Of a DNA stretch of 64,000 nt, positions 8,982 through 18,718 are shown piece after piece. Under the pieces are notes generated by a model. That model was not told the DNA's origin and did not search any database. It was given only the letters and a program-made list of their open reading frames with translations. Origin of the DNA: Alphaproteobacteria bacterium (GTDB taxonomy: Bacteria; Pseudomonadota; Alphaproteobacteria; UBA828). The stretch spans positions 256,001 to 320,000 of the forward strand of contig CBDCCI010000001.1 of NCBI GenBank assembly GCA_965214705.1, read 5' to 3'. Position 1 is the stretch's first letter, and the number at the start of each line of letters is the position of its first letter. The position numbers were made by a program, and so were the translations under genes.

Positions 8982-10595
8982 CTACAGAACCCACTTGTCG
9001 ACGCCGACGAGCTTCTGCAGCGGCTCGGGATACATCTTGGCCAGGCCGTGCCAGCTCTCTTTCTGCTCCGCCTTGCCCAGACGCCGCGTGATGCGGTTCT
9101 GCTCCTTGGCGGTGTCTTCCATGGCCTCTTCCGGCGACTTGTTGCCGTTGTAGGCGGCGGTCAGATTGACGTCGAGCGCGTTGAGGTACTCGGCCGCGCC
9201 GCGCAGCTGAATCTCCGGCACCGCGTCCACGATCGCCTCGGCATGCGTGGCCAGGAAATCGCCCGGATAGGCGGCGAAGAACTCGGCCGACGGAGCGAAG
9301 AAGTGGTTGTCGCGCCACGGGTCGAAGTAGCCGCCCTCGTTCGGGATCGAGCGCATCGACATGGTCGGCCCCGTGATCCACTGCGAGAAGCAGTAGGCGG
9401 CTTCCTGGATCGGCGAGTAGTTGCTGACCACGAAGTCCCAGGCGAAGGCATGGATGCACGAGCGGATGAGCTCGTCGCCGTGCATGGTGCCCGGCACCTT
9501 CGAGACGGCGGTCTGCGAAGGCTCGCCGTCCTCGCCCTTGGCGGCGATGATCGACTGAGAGCCAGCCGCGTCGTTGCTGTAGCGCCAGAGCGACGGCCAG
9601 CCGAACTCGCAGAAGCCACGGCCCTGCGCGTAGTACTGCGCGTAGTTCTCAGTGAAGCCGTAGGTGAACTGCTCGGCCGGCATGATGTCCTGCAGCGCGA
9701 TCAGCTCCTTGACCGTCTCGATGCCTTGCGGCGTGTCGGCCAGCGAGTTCATGTCCTCGTCGAAGTAGAAGTGGCCCTTCGACTGGACCCGCGTCATCCA
9801 GTGGAACTTGTTCCAGAACGGCGAGCGGTACTCGAGCGCCCCGTAGAAGTTGTTGTCCGGGTCGTGCATCGTGGCGCAAAGCTCGTCGTACTCGGCCCAG
9901 GTATGGACCATCTCGCGCTTCGACTTCGGCGCCAGGCCCTTCTCGGCGAGCTTGTCCTTGCGGTAGCTGAGGTGCCACCAGTCGCCGTCACAGTAGAGGC
10001 CGTAGGTCTTGCCCTTGTACTTCTGCCCGAAGTCGGAAACCGGGAACTGGAGCTGGTTGGGCCCTGAATAAACCTCGGGATCGTACTTGTCCATGTAGTC
10101 GTCGAGGGGCCGCGCCACGCCAGACTCGGCGAGGTCTGCAAGGCTCAGCGGGGCCGGGATCATGATGTCGTAGCGGCCCGTCTTGGCCACCGCTTCCTGC
10201 ATCGCCTTCTGGTGTGTCTCGGTGACCGGCACCTCGATCAGCTCGAGATCGAAACCGGTCAGCCCCTTCCACTCCTCGACGAAGGGCGAGAGGTTACCGC
10301 CGGACCCCGACGGATACATGATGCTGATGGTCTTCTTCTCGGCACTGTCGAAGAGCGCCTTGGCGCCGTTGATGGCGCGCTCTTCAGGAGTCGCACCATC
10401 GGCCGCCCAGGCCTGCCTCACGCTGAGGGGCGCCTGCTTCATGAGCATGGAGATCGCGCCCGCGCCGAGCCCGAGGCCGGCCATGCCCTTGATCAGGTCG
10501 CGCCGCGAGACCTTGTAGTTCTTCCGGTCCGCGTGCATCGACCAGAGCCGATACAACTCCTTCGTAAACTGCTCCTTTTTGTCGGAATGCGACAT
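8982..10595 (-). CDS. ABC solute-binding protein with twin-arginine signal
   Basis: SRRDLIKG Tat motif, AWA cleavage site, SBP family 1-like body; RBS GAAGGGAG before ATG 10595. Confidence 0.85.
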   Translation of the reverse strand: MSHSDKKEQFTKELYRLWSMHADRKNYKVSRRDLIKGMAGLGLGAGAISMLMKQAPLSVRQAWAADGATPEERAINGAKALFDSAEKKTISIMYPSGSGGNLSPFVEEWKGLTGFDLELIEVPVTETHQKAMQEAVAKTGRYDIMIPAPLSLADLAESGVARPLDDYMDKYDPEVYSGPNQLQFPVSDFGQKYKGKTYGLYCDGDWWHLSYRKDKLAEKGLAPKSKREMVHTWAEYDELCATMHDPDNNFYGALEYRSPFWNKFHWMTRVQSKGHFYFDEDMNSLADTPQGIETVKELIALQDIMPAEQFTYGFTENYAQYYAQGRGFCEFGWPSLWRYSNDAAGSQSIIAAKGEDGEPSQTAVSKVPGTMHGDELIRSCIHAFAWDFVVSNYSPIQEAAYCFSQWITGPTMSMRSIPNEGGYFDPWRDNHFFAPSAEFFAAYPGDFLATHAEAIVDAVPEIQLRGAAEYLNALDVNLTAAYNGNKSPEEAMEDTAKEQNRITRRLGKAEQKESWHGLAKMYPEPLQKLVGVDKWVL

Positions 10596-10816
10596 GCGCA
10601 GTCTCCCTTCAGCACCGGGCGGGGACATCCGGGCCCGGTTCTCATCGATTGTCCAAGGTTGATGCACCGCGCGGGCGCGGCGCGTATGACACTCCCTTTG
10701 CGCGGCGCACAATACAGATGGCGTGCCCGCCACGCAAATGGAATTAGAATGCCTGTGGCGCGGGCATGGCAGCGGCTGTGCAGGCGCAACATCACGCGTG
10801 GAGGCAGCACCCGGCG

Positions 10817-11389
10817 ATGCGCTGGATCAAGGAATACACCATCGAGAAGCCCGCAATCTGCGACGAGCTGATCAAGGGCTTCAAGCGGACGCGCCGGCTC
10901 GGCCTCACTAGGCAGGGGACGAGCGCCAAGGGCGTCGACAAAGCCTGGAAGGACTCCGAGGACGCGAGCCTCACCTGCTTTCCCTACGAGATCTATGCCA
11001 AGACGGTGCGCGCCTATCGCGGCCATGTCATGGCCTGCCTCGCCGACTATCTGCGGCAATTCCCGGTGCTGGCCGAGGCCTCCGACAAGCTGGGCTTCCT
11101 GGAGCCGCCGCAGATGCAATACTACCAGCCGGGCGGCGCCTTCCACGGCGCCCACTACGAGTCGAGCGGCCTCGACCTCGGCCACCGGGTGCTCGCCTTC
11201 CAGACCTTCCTGAACGACATCAAAGAGGGCGGCGGCACCTACTTCACCTTTCAGGACCACTTGGTCCGACCGGCCAAGGGCAAGACCCTGATCTGGCCTG
11301 CGGGCTTCACCCACACGCACAAGGGCGAGGTCGCGCCGCGGGAGGAGAAGTACATCATCACCGGGTGGATCAGCTTCATGGGCGTTTAG
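10817..11389 (+). CDS. 2OG-Fe(II) oxygenase (prolyl-hydroxylase-like)
   Basis: HYE, FLND..EGGGT.F, WPAGFTHTHKG, KYIITGW; alternative start at 10766. Confidence 0.85.
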   Translation: MRWIKEYTIEKPAICDELIKGFKRTRRLGLTRQGTSAKGVDKAWKDSEDASLTCFPYEIYAKTVRAYRGHVMACLADYLRQFPVLAEASDKLGFLEPPQMQYYQPGGAFHGAHYESSGLDLGHRVLAFQTFLNDIKEGGGTYFTFQDHLVRPAKGKTLIWPAGFTHTHKGEVAPREEKYIITGWISFMGV

Positions 11390-11410
11390 ACACGCCTTCC
11401 CCTACGCGTC

Positions 11411-11439
11411 GGGGGCGGCCGCGTGGCACGGCCGCCCCC
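11411..11439. terminator. GC hairpin between convergent oxygenase and porin genes
   Basis: 11-bp perfect stem GGGGGCGGCCG/CGGCCGCCCCC with 7-nt loop; weak U tails. Confidence 0.55.
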
Positions 11440-11486
11440 TATCCCTCCGTGCCGCCCCTCGCGGAGCGCTTGGATCGTTCGCGTAC

Positions 11487-12752
11487 CTAGAACTTGATGC
11501 GTGCGCCGACGCCCGCAACGGTGACGTCGTTGGTCGCGGCGCCCGCGATATCGGCCTCGTACATGCCGTAGACGCCGTAGAACTCTGCGCCGAGGCTCTT
11601 GACCTTCTGCACGACAGCGACGTCGATGGCACTGCCGCTGTCGCCGTCCGCGTTCTCGGCGTCCATGAAGCCGATCGAAAGTGCCGTACCCCCTGCAGGA
11701 TTGATGTCGAGCTTCTGACCAAGCTTCGCATAGGTCATCCTCGCTGAGTCGTCACCGTCCTCCTCGGTCGCGTAGGCGACGGTGAAGCTCGTGCCGGATG
11801 GCGCCAGGAGCGATGCCGAGCCACCCATTCCGGTGTCGTCGCCATTCACCCACTGAGCGGCGACAGCTTCGACCTCGAAACCGCCCAGATCGCGGCCGTA
11901 ACGGACTGCCATGTCCCAGGGACCGGAATCGCCGTCGTCCTTGTCGCTCTGGAGCGAGGTGGAGAGCTGGAAGCCTCCGATGCTCGGCGAATCGTAGCGC
12001 AGCCGGTCCTTCCGGCTGTGTCCGTCGAGATTGTCGAAGATGCCATCGACCTTGGAGTGGGTATTGCCATCTGAGTCGACGAACCTGACATCGGCGCCGA
12101 GCGCACCACCGGAGCCTGATCCGCTGATCACGCCGGTACCCGAGAGATCCGCCTCGGCAACGCCGTCAGACGCGGTGCTACCCTGACCGATCGAAAACTT
12201 GCCGGCACCTTTGCTCTTGACCCACAGCTCGAGCTTGCGCTCGGTGAAGGTCTCCTTGCCGCTGTTCACGTCGCCCTGCAGATTGACCTTGGACGACGAG
12301 TTCGACTCCATCTGCACTTCGACGGTGGTGCCGGCGGACCATCCGCCGTCCATCTTGGCCTTGCCCTTGAAGCCCACGCGGGTGGACGACATGTCGTTGT
12401 CCGCGTTGAAGAGCCGGCTGTCGTTGCCGTCGCTGGCAAGAAGCAGCATCCGGTTTACCTGGCCGTAGACCTTTAGGCTCACCCGATCCTTGCCGGACTT
12501 CACCATCTTGGCCGGCGCTGCGGGCTCCGCCATATCCGCCATCTTGTTGCCTTGCTCCACCACCATGTTCTTGAGGATCTGCACTTCCTGCATCAGATCC
12601 TCGACCTTGGAGCGGAGCTCGGCATTCTCCGACTCGAGGTGGCTGTCGGCGAGCGAAGGGCCCGCGAGGCCGACCAAGAACGCCGTCCCGAGAAGCGCCG
12701 CGGCCAGAGATTTCCCCCCGAAGCGACACCGATTGCGCACGAAACCCATCAC
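11487..12752 (-). CDS. Outer-membrane porin with N-terminal coiled coil
   Basis: Signal peptide, LKVYGQVNR, SSTRVGFKG, RLRYDSP, C-terminal RIKF (terminal Phe); RBS GGAGGAG. Confidence 0.85.
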   Translation of the reverse strand: MMGFVRNRCRFGGKSLAAALLGTAFLVGLAGPSLADSHLESENAELRSKVEDLMQEVQILKNMVVEQGNKMADMAEPAAPAKMVKSGKDRVSLKVYGQVNRMLLLASDGNDSRLFNADNDMSSTRVGFKGKAKMDGGWSAGTTVEVQMESNSSSKVNLQGDVNSGKETFTERKLELWVKSKGAGKFSIGQGSTASDGVAEADLSGTGVISGSGSGGALGADVRFVDSDGNTHSKVDGIFDNLDGHSRKDRLRYDSPSIGGFQLSTSLQSDKDDGDSGPWDMAVRYGRDLGGFEVEAVAAQWVNGDDTGMGGSASLLAPSGTSFTVAYATEEDGDDSARMTYAKLGQKLDINPAGGTALSIGFMDAENADGDSGSAIDVAVVQKVKSLGAEFYGVYGMYEADIAGAATNDVTVAGVGARIKF

Positions 12753-12927
12753 ACTCTCCTCCCCCTGAAGATCACACGCGTTGAGCCGGTTCGAGCGGCT
12801 CTCTGCGCGGGAAGTTAGGCGGTCGGTATGACGTGTTGGTTACGCTCGTGTGAAGGATGGGTGTCATCGGACGGTGGCCCGCGTCCGCACGGTCTGACCG
12901 AGGGAGTAACGGACGCGGGGAGAGCTC

Positions 12928-14337
12928 CTAGAGCGAGTTCAGCGCTACCCGGACCGCACGGTGCTCGTCCGTGCCTGGCGCAAGCAGGCCGAGGAGCCGC
13001 TCCCAATGCGCGCGCGCGGTGGCGCTGTCGCCCCGCTCCATCGCCGCGAGCCCGACGAACCAGAGCGCCGCCCCATCGTCCGGCGTGAGTGCCAGGATGC
13101 GCTCGTAGACCGCCACAGCCTCCGGCGGAGGCGGCTCCGCACCGACGTCGCCGGTGAGCGCGCGGGCGTAGGCGTGGAGGGTCGCGAGGTCGTCTGGAGC
13201 CAGCTCCGAAGCCCGGCGCAGCGTTTCCATCGCCTTCTCGGGCTCGCCGAGCACGGCGTAGGATTGGGCGAGGCGCCGCCAGCCTTCGGGGTCGTCTGGA
13301 TTATCCTCAAGCCGCGCGGCGAGGCTTTCCACCATGCCGCGGATCATCGCCATGCGCTCTTCGGGCGACATCTCGGCCGCTGCCGCCATGTCCTCCGCAG
13401 TGGGCCCGGAAGGCGCGTCCGACACCGCTGGCCCGCTTGGAACAGCCCCCGGCTCGACACCGAGAACCTCGGCAGCCTGGCCGATCAGTTGCTCCAGGTC
13501 CCTGCGCCAGGACGCGTCAGCCGGCGTGTCGGCGGCGAGCGCAAGCCACATGTCGTAGGCCTCCCGCACCGCGCCGGCCTGGGCGCGGGCAAGGGCAAGG
13601 TGGAAGCGCGCTGCCGGATCGGTTGGCCGCGCGTCGAGGACCTGACGGAAGGCCCCGACCGCCTCCGGCACCACCATCCCGTCATTGGCCCAGACGATCG
13701 CTTCGCCCAGCATCGCCAGCACCTCGGGATCGTCACCGGAAAGCATCGCCGCCCGCCTGAGCGCATCGGCCGCCTCGGGGTAGCGCTGCAGCACCACGTA
13801 AGAGCGGCCGAGTAGGAGCCAGCCTTCGAGATTGTCGGGCTCGCCCTCGAGCCGGGCCGCAAGCTGTTCGACCGGCCCGCTTAGAGCCCCGAGGGCCTCG
13901 GTTCGGGCGGCCGGCCGCTCGATCTCCGCGAAGGGCCGACCAGGCAAGCCGGGAGTGCCGAGGCTTGCGTAGATACCGGCGGCAAGCGCCGGAATGCAGA
14001 GCCCGAGGCCGATGGCCGTAGCCCGCCGCCGCCAGCTCGCGCGCGATTTCGCACCCGCTGGCCCAGGTGTCTTCTCTTCCTCCGCCGGCTGAGCCGCGTC
14101 CCGCGTCCGTGCCGCGCGCAGCATGCGCCGCTCGATCTCGGTTCGGGCCGCCTCCACCTGCTCCTCGCTGACCAGACCGCGGGCGCGATCGCTCTCCAGC
14201 TCGCGAAGCTGGTCGCGATAGACGGTGAGGTCGTAGTCCGCCCGCGACGGGCTCCGGCGGTGCCGGTGCAGCACTGGGATCAGCACTGCCGCGACGGCGA
14301 GCGCCGTCAGCAATGCGGCGGCGAGCGCGAAGATCAT
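12928..14337 (-). CDS. ccmI: Cytochrome c biogenesis protein CcmI/CycH (TPR)
   Basis: VYRDQLRELE.D..RG, TPR repeats, IRGMVESLAARL..NPDDPEGW. Confidence 0.9.
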   Translation of the reverse strand: MIFALAAALLTALAVAAVLIPVLHRHRRSPSRADYDLTVYRDQLRELESDRARGLVSEEQVEAARTEIERRMLRAARTRDAAQPAEEEKTPGPAGAKSRASWRRRATAIGLGLCIPALAAGIYASLGTPGLPGRPFAEIERPAARTEALGALSGPVEQLAARLEGEPDNLEGWLLLGRSYVVLQRYPEAADALRRAAMLSGDDPEVLAMLGEAIVWANDGMVVPEAVGAFRQVLDARPTDPAARFHLALARAQAGAVREAYDMWLALAADTPADASWRRDLEQLIGQAAEVLGVEPGAVPSGPAVSDAPSGPTAEDMAAAAEMSPEERMAMIRGMVESLAARLEDNPDDPEGWRRLAQSYAVLGEPEKAMETLRRASELAPDDLATLHAYARALTGDVGAEPPPPEAVAVYERILALTPDDGAALWFVGLAAMERGDSATARAHWERLLGLLAPGTDEHRAVRVALNSL

Positions 14338-14348
14338 CGGCCGCCGGG

Positions 14349-14837
14349 CTAGGCGTCGTCGTCGAGAAGCGCGTCGAGCCGCCGTCGCTCCTCGGCGGAA
14401 AGGGGCGCCGTCCCCGCTTCGCGCGCGCCGGCCTTCGCGCGGTGCACGAGGGCAAAGGCGATGGCGGCGCCGGCGACGAAGACCGCAGCCGGCCCAAACC
14501 AGAGCGCGTAGGTCTCGGGCTTCACGGGCGGGTCGAGCAGAACGTAATCTCCGTAGCGGTCGGTCAGGAACCCCCTTACCGCGTCATCGCTCGCGCCGGC
14601 AGCGATGCGCTCACGGACGATGGCGCGCATGTCTTGGGCCAGCGGCGCGTTGGAATCGGCGATCGACTGGCCCTGGCACACCATGCAGCGAAGCTCGGCA
14701 TGGAGCGCTCGGGCGCGCGCTTCGAGCGCGGCATCGGCGAGCGGCTCGTCGGGCGTGAAAGCCAAGCCGGGACCCGCTGCCAGCGCCAGCCACAGGGAGA
14801 CGATGCCGCCAAGCAGAGTGCCGCCCGCGACTTTCAT
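14349..14837 (-). CDS. ccmH: Cytochrome c biogenesis protein CcmH/CycL
   Basis: LRCMVCQGQSIADSNA, RYGDYVLL.PP. Confidence 0.92.
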   Translation of the reverse strand: MKVAGGTLLGGIVSLWLALAAGPGLAFTPDEPLADAALEARARALHAELRCMVCQGQSIADSNAPLAQDMRAIVRERIAAGASDDAVRGFLTDRYGDYVLLDPPVKPETYALWFGPAAVFVAGAAIAFALVHRAKAGAREAGTAPLSAEERRRLDALLDDDA

Positions 14838-15439
14838 CCCCGCAGGTCCTCGATCAGCGGCAGGATGGCCTCGTCGAGGTCGTGCTGCGAGAGCACGCCC
14901 ACGTGGCGGTGGCGGATGCGGCCTGCACCGTCCACCACGAAGGTCTCGGGTATGCCATAGACCCCCCAGTCGATCCCGGTCCGGCCGTCGAGATCGGCCC
15001 CCATCAGCGTGTAGGGATTGCCGAGGCGGCCCAGCCAGCGCTCGGCGTCGTCCGGCGTGTCCTTATAGTTAATGCCGTAGAGCGGGACCGTGCCGGAGTC
15101 GGCGAGCGCCATGAGCAGGGGGTGCTCGACCCGGCATGGGCCGCACCAGGAGGCGAAGATGTTGACGAGCGCAATCTCGCCATTCTGAAGATCGGCCGTC
15201 GCGAACCCACCTGCGTCCTCGAACCCCTGAACCGGCGGGAGAGTGAAATCCGGCACCGGCTTGTCGATCAGCGCCGACGGAACCTTGCCGGGATCGCCGG
15301 TGAGCAACTGGACGCCGAGCGCGGCGGCGAGCGCCACGAACAAGAACATCGGCACGAGATAGCGCAGCCTGCGCGCGGCGGAGACCGGCGCGCGGGCAGG
15401 CGCCTCCTCTGCCGGGGCGTCCGTTCCCTTCTCCGCCAC
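14834..15439 (-). CDS. ccmG: Thiol:disulfide interchange protein CcmG/DsbE
   Basis: PSALIDKP.P.F.L, FASWCGPCRVEHP, GVYGIPETF; GTG start inferred. Confidence 0.9.
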   Translation of the reverse strand: MAEKGTDAPAEEAPARAPVSAARRLRYLVPMFLFVALAAALGVQLLTGDPGKVPSALIDKPVPDFTLPPVQGFEDAGGFATADLQNGEIALVNIFASWCGPCRVEHPLLMALADSGTVPLYGINYKDTPDDAERWLGRLGNPYTLMGADLDGRTGIDWGVYGIPETFVVDGAGRIRHRHVGVLSQHDLDEAILPLIEDLRG

Positions 15440-15453
15440 GGCTTCGCGGCCCC

Positions 15454-17442
15454 TCACTCGCCCGTGCCGGCAGCGGCGACAGCGGGCGCCGAATGCCGGC
15501 GGCGGGTGGGCGCGCCCACGCGGTGGCGCCGGTCGGTCAGTGAGACCACTCCGCCGGCCACCATGGCTAGTGCACCGATCCAAATCCAGGGCACGAGCGG
15601 ATTGTGGTGGATGCGGATCGCCGTGCCACCGGGCGCATCCTCGCCAACCACGACATAGAGGTCGGAAAGCCAGGTGGTGTGGATCGCGGCCTCGGTGGTC
15701 CAGGTGTCCTGCACCGGATAATGGCGGCGCTCGGGCAGGAGGAGCGCGACCTCCTCACCGTCCTGCAGGACCCGGACCTCGCCCCGCCGGGCGATATAGT
15801 TGGGGCCGGGCACGTCGCCGATGCTCTGAAGCTCGAAATCGTAGCCGGCAAGGGTGACCGTATCGCCCGGCTGCATCGACTGCTCCCGCTCGGTCTGCCA
15901 ATTGCCGGCGCCGACCGTGCCCACCACCAGCACCGCCACGCCCAGATGGGCGATGCTCATCGCCCAGGCCGCGCGCGGCAGGCCGACGGCGCGGCGCGCG
16001 CTCTCGGCAAGCGGCACGCGGAAGAGCCGCACGCGCTGCGCGAATTCCGTGAGCACGCCCGCCGCCACCCAACCGGCGAGCGCCATGCCGAGCACCGCAC
16101 CCCAGGGTCCACCGCCGCTCGCTCCGACCGTCGCGGCCACCGCGATGGCGGCGACGAGCGAGACTGCGAGACGCGGCAGCACGGCGCTGGCGCCGGCGCG
16201 CTTCCAGGCCATGAGCGGCCCCACCGCCATCATCAGCAGGAGGGGAATCATCAGGAGCACGAAGGTGGATTCGAAGAAAGGCGGCCCGACCGAAACCTTC
16301 TGGTCCGCGATCGCGTCGAGAATTAGCGGATAAAGCGTGCCGATGAAGACCGTGGCACAGCCGACCGCCAGCAGCAGATTGTTGGCCAAGAGCGAGCTTT
16401 CTCGCGAGATCGGACGGAACGAGCCGCCGGCCCGCATCCCCGGCGCCCGCCAGGCATAGAGCGTGAGCGAGCCGCCGACGACAATCACCAGGAACACCAG
16501 GATGTAGACTCCCCTCGCCGGGTCGGAGGCGAAGCTGTGCACCGAGGTCAGTACGCCGGAGCGCACCAGGAAGGTGCCGAGCAGGCTCAATGAGAAGCCG
16601 AGAATGGCGAGCAGAACCGTCCAGCTCTTTAGGCTGTCCCGTTTCTCCGCCACGATCGAGGAGTGCAGCAGCGCGGTCGCCATCAGCCAGGGCATGAAGG
16701 AGGCGTTCTCCACCGGGTCCCAGAACCAGTATCCGCCCCAGCCAAGCTCGTAGTAGGCCCACCAGGAACCCAAGGCGATGCCGGCCGTTAGCGCGCACCA
16801 TGAGAGCAGCGTCCACGGCCTGACCCAGCGCGCCCAGGCCGCGTTCACACGCCCCTCGATCAGCGCCGCCACGGCGAAGGAGAAGGCGGTCGAGAGCCCG
16901 ACATAGCCGAGGTAGAGCAGCGGCGGGTGGAAGGCGAGGCCGGGGTCCTGCAGCAGCGGGTTGAGGTCGCGCCCGTCGAACGGCGCCGGATCTAGGCGCA
17001 GGAAGGGATTGGAGGTGGCGAGCACGAAGACCAGGAAGCCGAGCCCGATCAGCGCCTGCACAGCCAACACCCAAGAGCGGAAGGCCGGGGGCAGGTTGCG
17101 CCCGAAGACCGCCACGGCGGCGCCGTGGACCGCGAGGATCCACACCCAGAGCAGCATGGAGCCTTCATGATTGCCCCACGTGCCGGTGAACTTGTAGAGC
17201 AGCGGCTTGGCCGAGTGGGAGTTGTCGGCGACCGTCACCACCGAGAAGTCGGAGACGACGAAGGCCTGCATCAGGCAAGCGAGTGCGGCCGAGATAAAGA
17301 CGAACTGGGCCAGCGCCGCCGGCCGCGCCAGCGCCATCAGGCCGCCATCCCGAAGCCTCGCGCCGAGCGGCGCGGCGACGGCCTGCACCAGCGACATCGC
17401 AAGCGCGAGGATCAGGGCGAAGTGGCCGATCTCGGGGATCAT
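15454..17442 (-). CDS. ccmF: Heme lyase CcmF
   Basis: [39 protein letters not shown]. Confidence 0.95.
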   Translation of the reverse strand: MIPEIGHFALILALAMSLVQAVAAPLGARLRDGGLMALARPAALAQFVFISAALACLMQAFVVSDFSVVTVADNSHSAKPLLYKFTGTWGNHEGSMLLWVWILAVHGAAVAVFGRNLPPAFRSWVLAVQALIGLGFLVFVLATSNPFLRLDPAPFDGRDLNPLLQDPGLAFHPPLLYLGYVGLSTAFSFAVAALIEGRVNAAWARWVRPWTLLSWCALTAGIALGSWWAYYELGWGGYWFWDPVENASFMPWLMATALLHSSIVAEKRDSLKSWTVLLAILGFSLSLLGTFLVRSGVLTSVHSFASDPARGVYILVFLVIVVGGSLTLYAWRAPGMRAGGSFRPISRESSLLANNLLLAVGCATVFIGTLYPLILDAIADQKVSVGPPFFESTFVLLMIPLLLMMAVGPLMAWKRAGASAVLPRLAVSLVAAIAVAATVGASGGGPWGAVLGMALAGWVAAGVLTEFAQRVRLFRVPLAESARRAVGLPRAAWAMSIAHLGVAVLVVGTVGAGNWQTEREQSMQPGDTVTLAGYDFELQSIGDVPGPNYIARRGEVRVLQDGEEVALLLPERRHYPVQDTWTTEAAIHTTWLSDLYVVVGEDAPGGTAIRIHHNPLVPWIWIGALAMVAGGVVSLTDRRHRVGAPTRRRHSAPAVAAAGTGE

Positions 17443-17882
17443 TCGGTGCCTTCGCCCTTCCAGTTGCCGGATTTCTTCAGCGCGTCCGCCACCTCACGCG
17501 GCATGTAGTTCTCGTCGTGCTTGGCGAGCACCTCGTCGGCCTCGAACACGCTGCCCTTCAGATAGCCCTCGGCGACCACCCCCTGCCCCTCGCGGAACAG
17601 GTCCGGCAAAATACCGCGATAGGTCACGGGCACGGTGTGGGCGAGATCGGTGATGGTGAAGCGCACCATCAAGCCGTCGTCCCCCCTTACCACGCTGTTC
17701 TCCTCCACCAGGCCGCCTACGCGAAGCCGCTGCTCGGGCGAAAATTGCCGTTCCTTGAGCGTGCTCGGGTCATGGAAGAAGACGAGGGTATCGTCGAGCG
17801 CGGTGAGCACCAGGCCCGCAGCGAGGCCGAGCGCACCGAGCCCCCCGCCCAGAAAGACCAACCGCCAATGCTTGCGCTTCAT
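17439..17882 (-). CDS. ccmE: Heme chaperone CcmE
   Basis: [24 protein letters not shown]. Confidence 0.95.
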   Translation of the reverse strand: MKRKHWRLVFLGGGLGALGLAAGLVLTALDDTLVFFHDPSTLKERQFSPEQRLRVGGLVEENSVVRGDDGLMVRFTITDLAHTVPVTYRGILPDLFREGQGVVAEGYLKGSVFEADEVLAKHDENYMPREVADALKKSGNWKGEGTE

Positions 17883-18088
17883 GCCGGGGCGTTCTGCTCC
17901 CCGTCACGGTCGTTGTCTCCATCGGTAGCACGCTGCCGGCGCGCGGTCGCCTCCAAAGCCCTCAGCGCCGCCTCCCTCGCACGCATGGCGCGAATGCTGA
18001 GCAGGAGGAGCGCAGTCATGATTGCGGCCGCAGCCCCGAAGGCCGGCCACACGTAGGCGGCGTAACCGCCCATTTCGAAGAACGACAT
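17879..18088 (-). CDS. ccmD: Heme exporter protein CcmD
   Basis: [17 protein letters not shown]-terminus, single TM; overlaps ccmE start. Confidence 0.88.
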   Translation of the reverse strand: MSFFEMGGYAAYVWPAFGAAAAIMTALLLLSIRAMRAREAALRALEATARRQRATDGDNDRDGEQNAPA

Positions 18089-18163
18089 TGCCCCGCGCCC
18101 ACCTGCCGCAGGCGGCACCGCTGCAGGCACCACCCAACAGTCTCGTTACCTGGCAATAGACAT

Positions 18164-18193
18164 AGTGTGGGGGCATCGTTCGCTGACATCAAG
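18164..18193 (-). promoter_or_regulatory. Possible RpoH-type promoter for ccmDEFGHI
   Basis: CTTG-N17-CCCCACACT on minus strand about 75 bp upstream of ccmD. Confidence 0.3.
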
Positions 18194-18287
18194 ACGGCGG
18201 CAGGCGTGACCATCGAGGGACGGCTGACGCTGGGTCGCGGGTTGGTTACACTCGATGCACGGTTGAGTGGTTTTGGAGGGGCACGAA

Positions 18288-18701
18288 ATGGCCTATTGGC
18301 TCATAAAGTCGGAACCGAGTTGCTGGTCCTGGGACGATCAGGTGCGCGACAGCGTCACGGAGTGGGACGGCGTGCGCAACCATCAGGCGAACAACAACAT
18401 GAAGGCCATGAAGCGGGGCGACCGCTGCTTCTTCTACCACTCGGTCAACGCGAAGGAGATCGTCGGCGTCGTCGAGGTCGTGAAGGAGCACTATCCCGAC
18501 CCGACCGATGCTTCCGGGCGTTTTGGCATGGTCGACGTCAAGGCCGTGGTCCCGGTGAGCGAGCCGGTCTCTCTGAAGCGGATCAAGGAAGATCCGGCGC
18601 TGCAGGACATGCAGCTCCTGCGTCAATCGCGGCTTTCCGTGAGCCCCGTGACGGACGCCGAGTGGCGGCGCATCTGCACGCTGGCCGGCATCGCGGCCTG
18701 A
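18288..18701 (+). CDS. EVE domain protein
   Basis: MAYWLIKSEP, WDGVRNHQA.NNM, FFYHS, RQSRLSV.PV; RBS GGAGGG. Confidence 0.93.
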   Translation: MAYWLIKSEPSCWSWDDQVRDSVTEWDGVRNHQANNNMKAMKRGDRCFFYHSVNAKEIVGVVEVVKEHYPDPTDASGRFGMVDVKAVVPVSEPVSLKRIKEDPALQDMQLLRQSRLSVSPVTDAEWRRICTLAGIAA

Positions 18702-18718
18702 CGCCAGGATAGGCCCGC

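Noticed and set aside
12878-12919. 10-bp inverted repeat between ccmI and the porin gene as a riboswitch
   Set aside because: No recognisable aptamer motifs; likely a 3' stability or terminator hairpin of the ccm operon
18167-18712. 181-aa ORF overlapping the EVE gene
   Set aside because: No RBS; lies mostly out of frame over the clear EVE CDS
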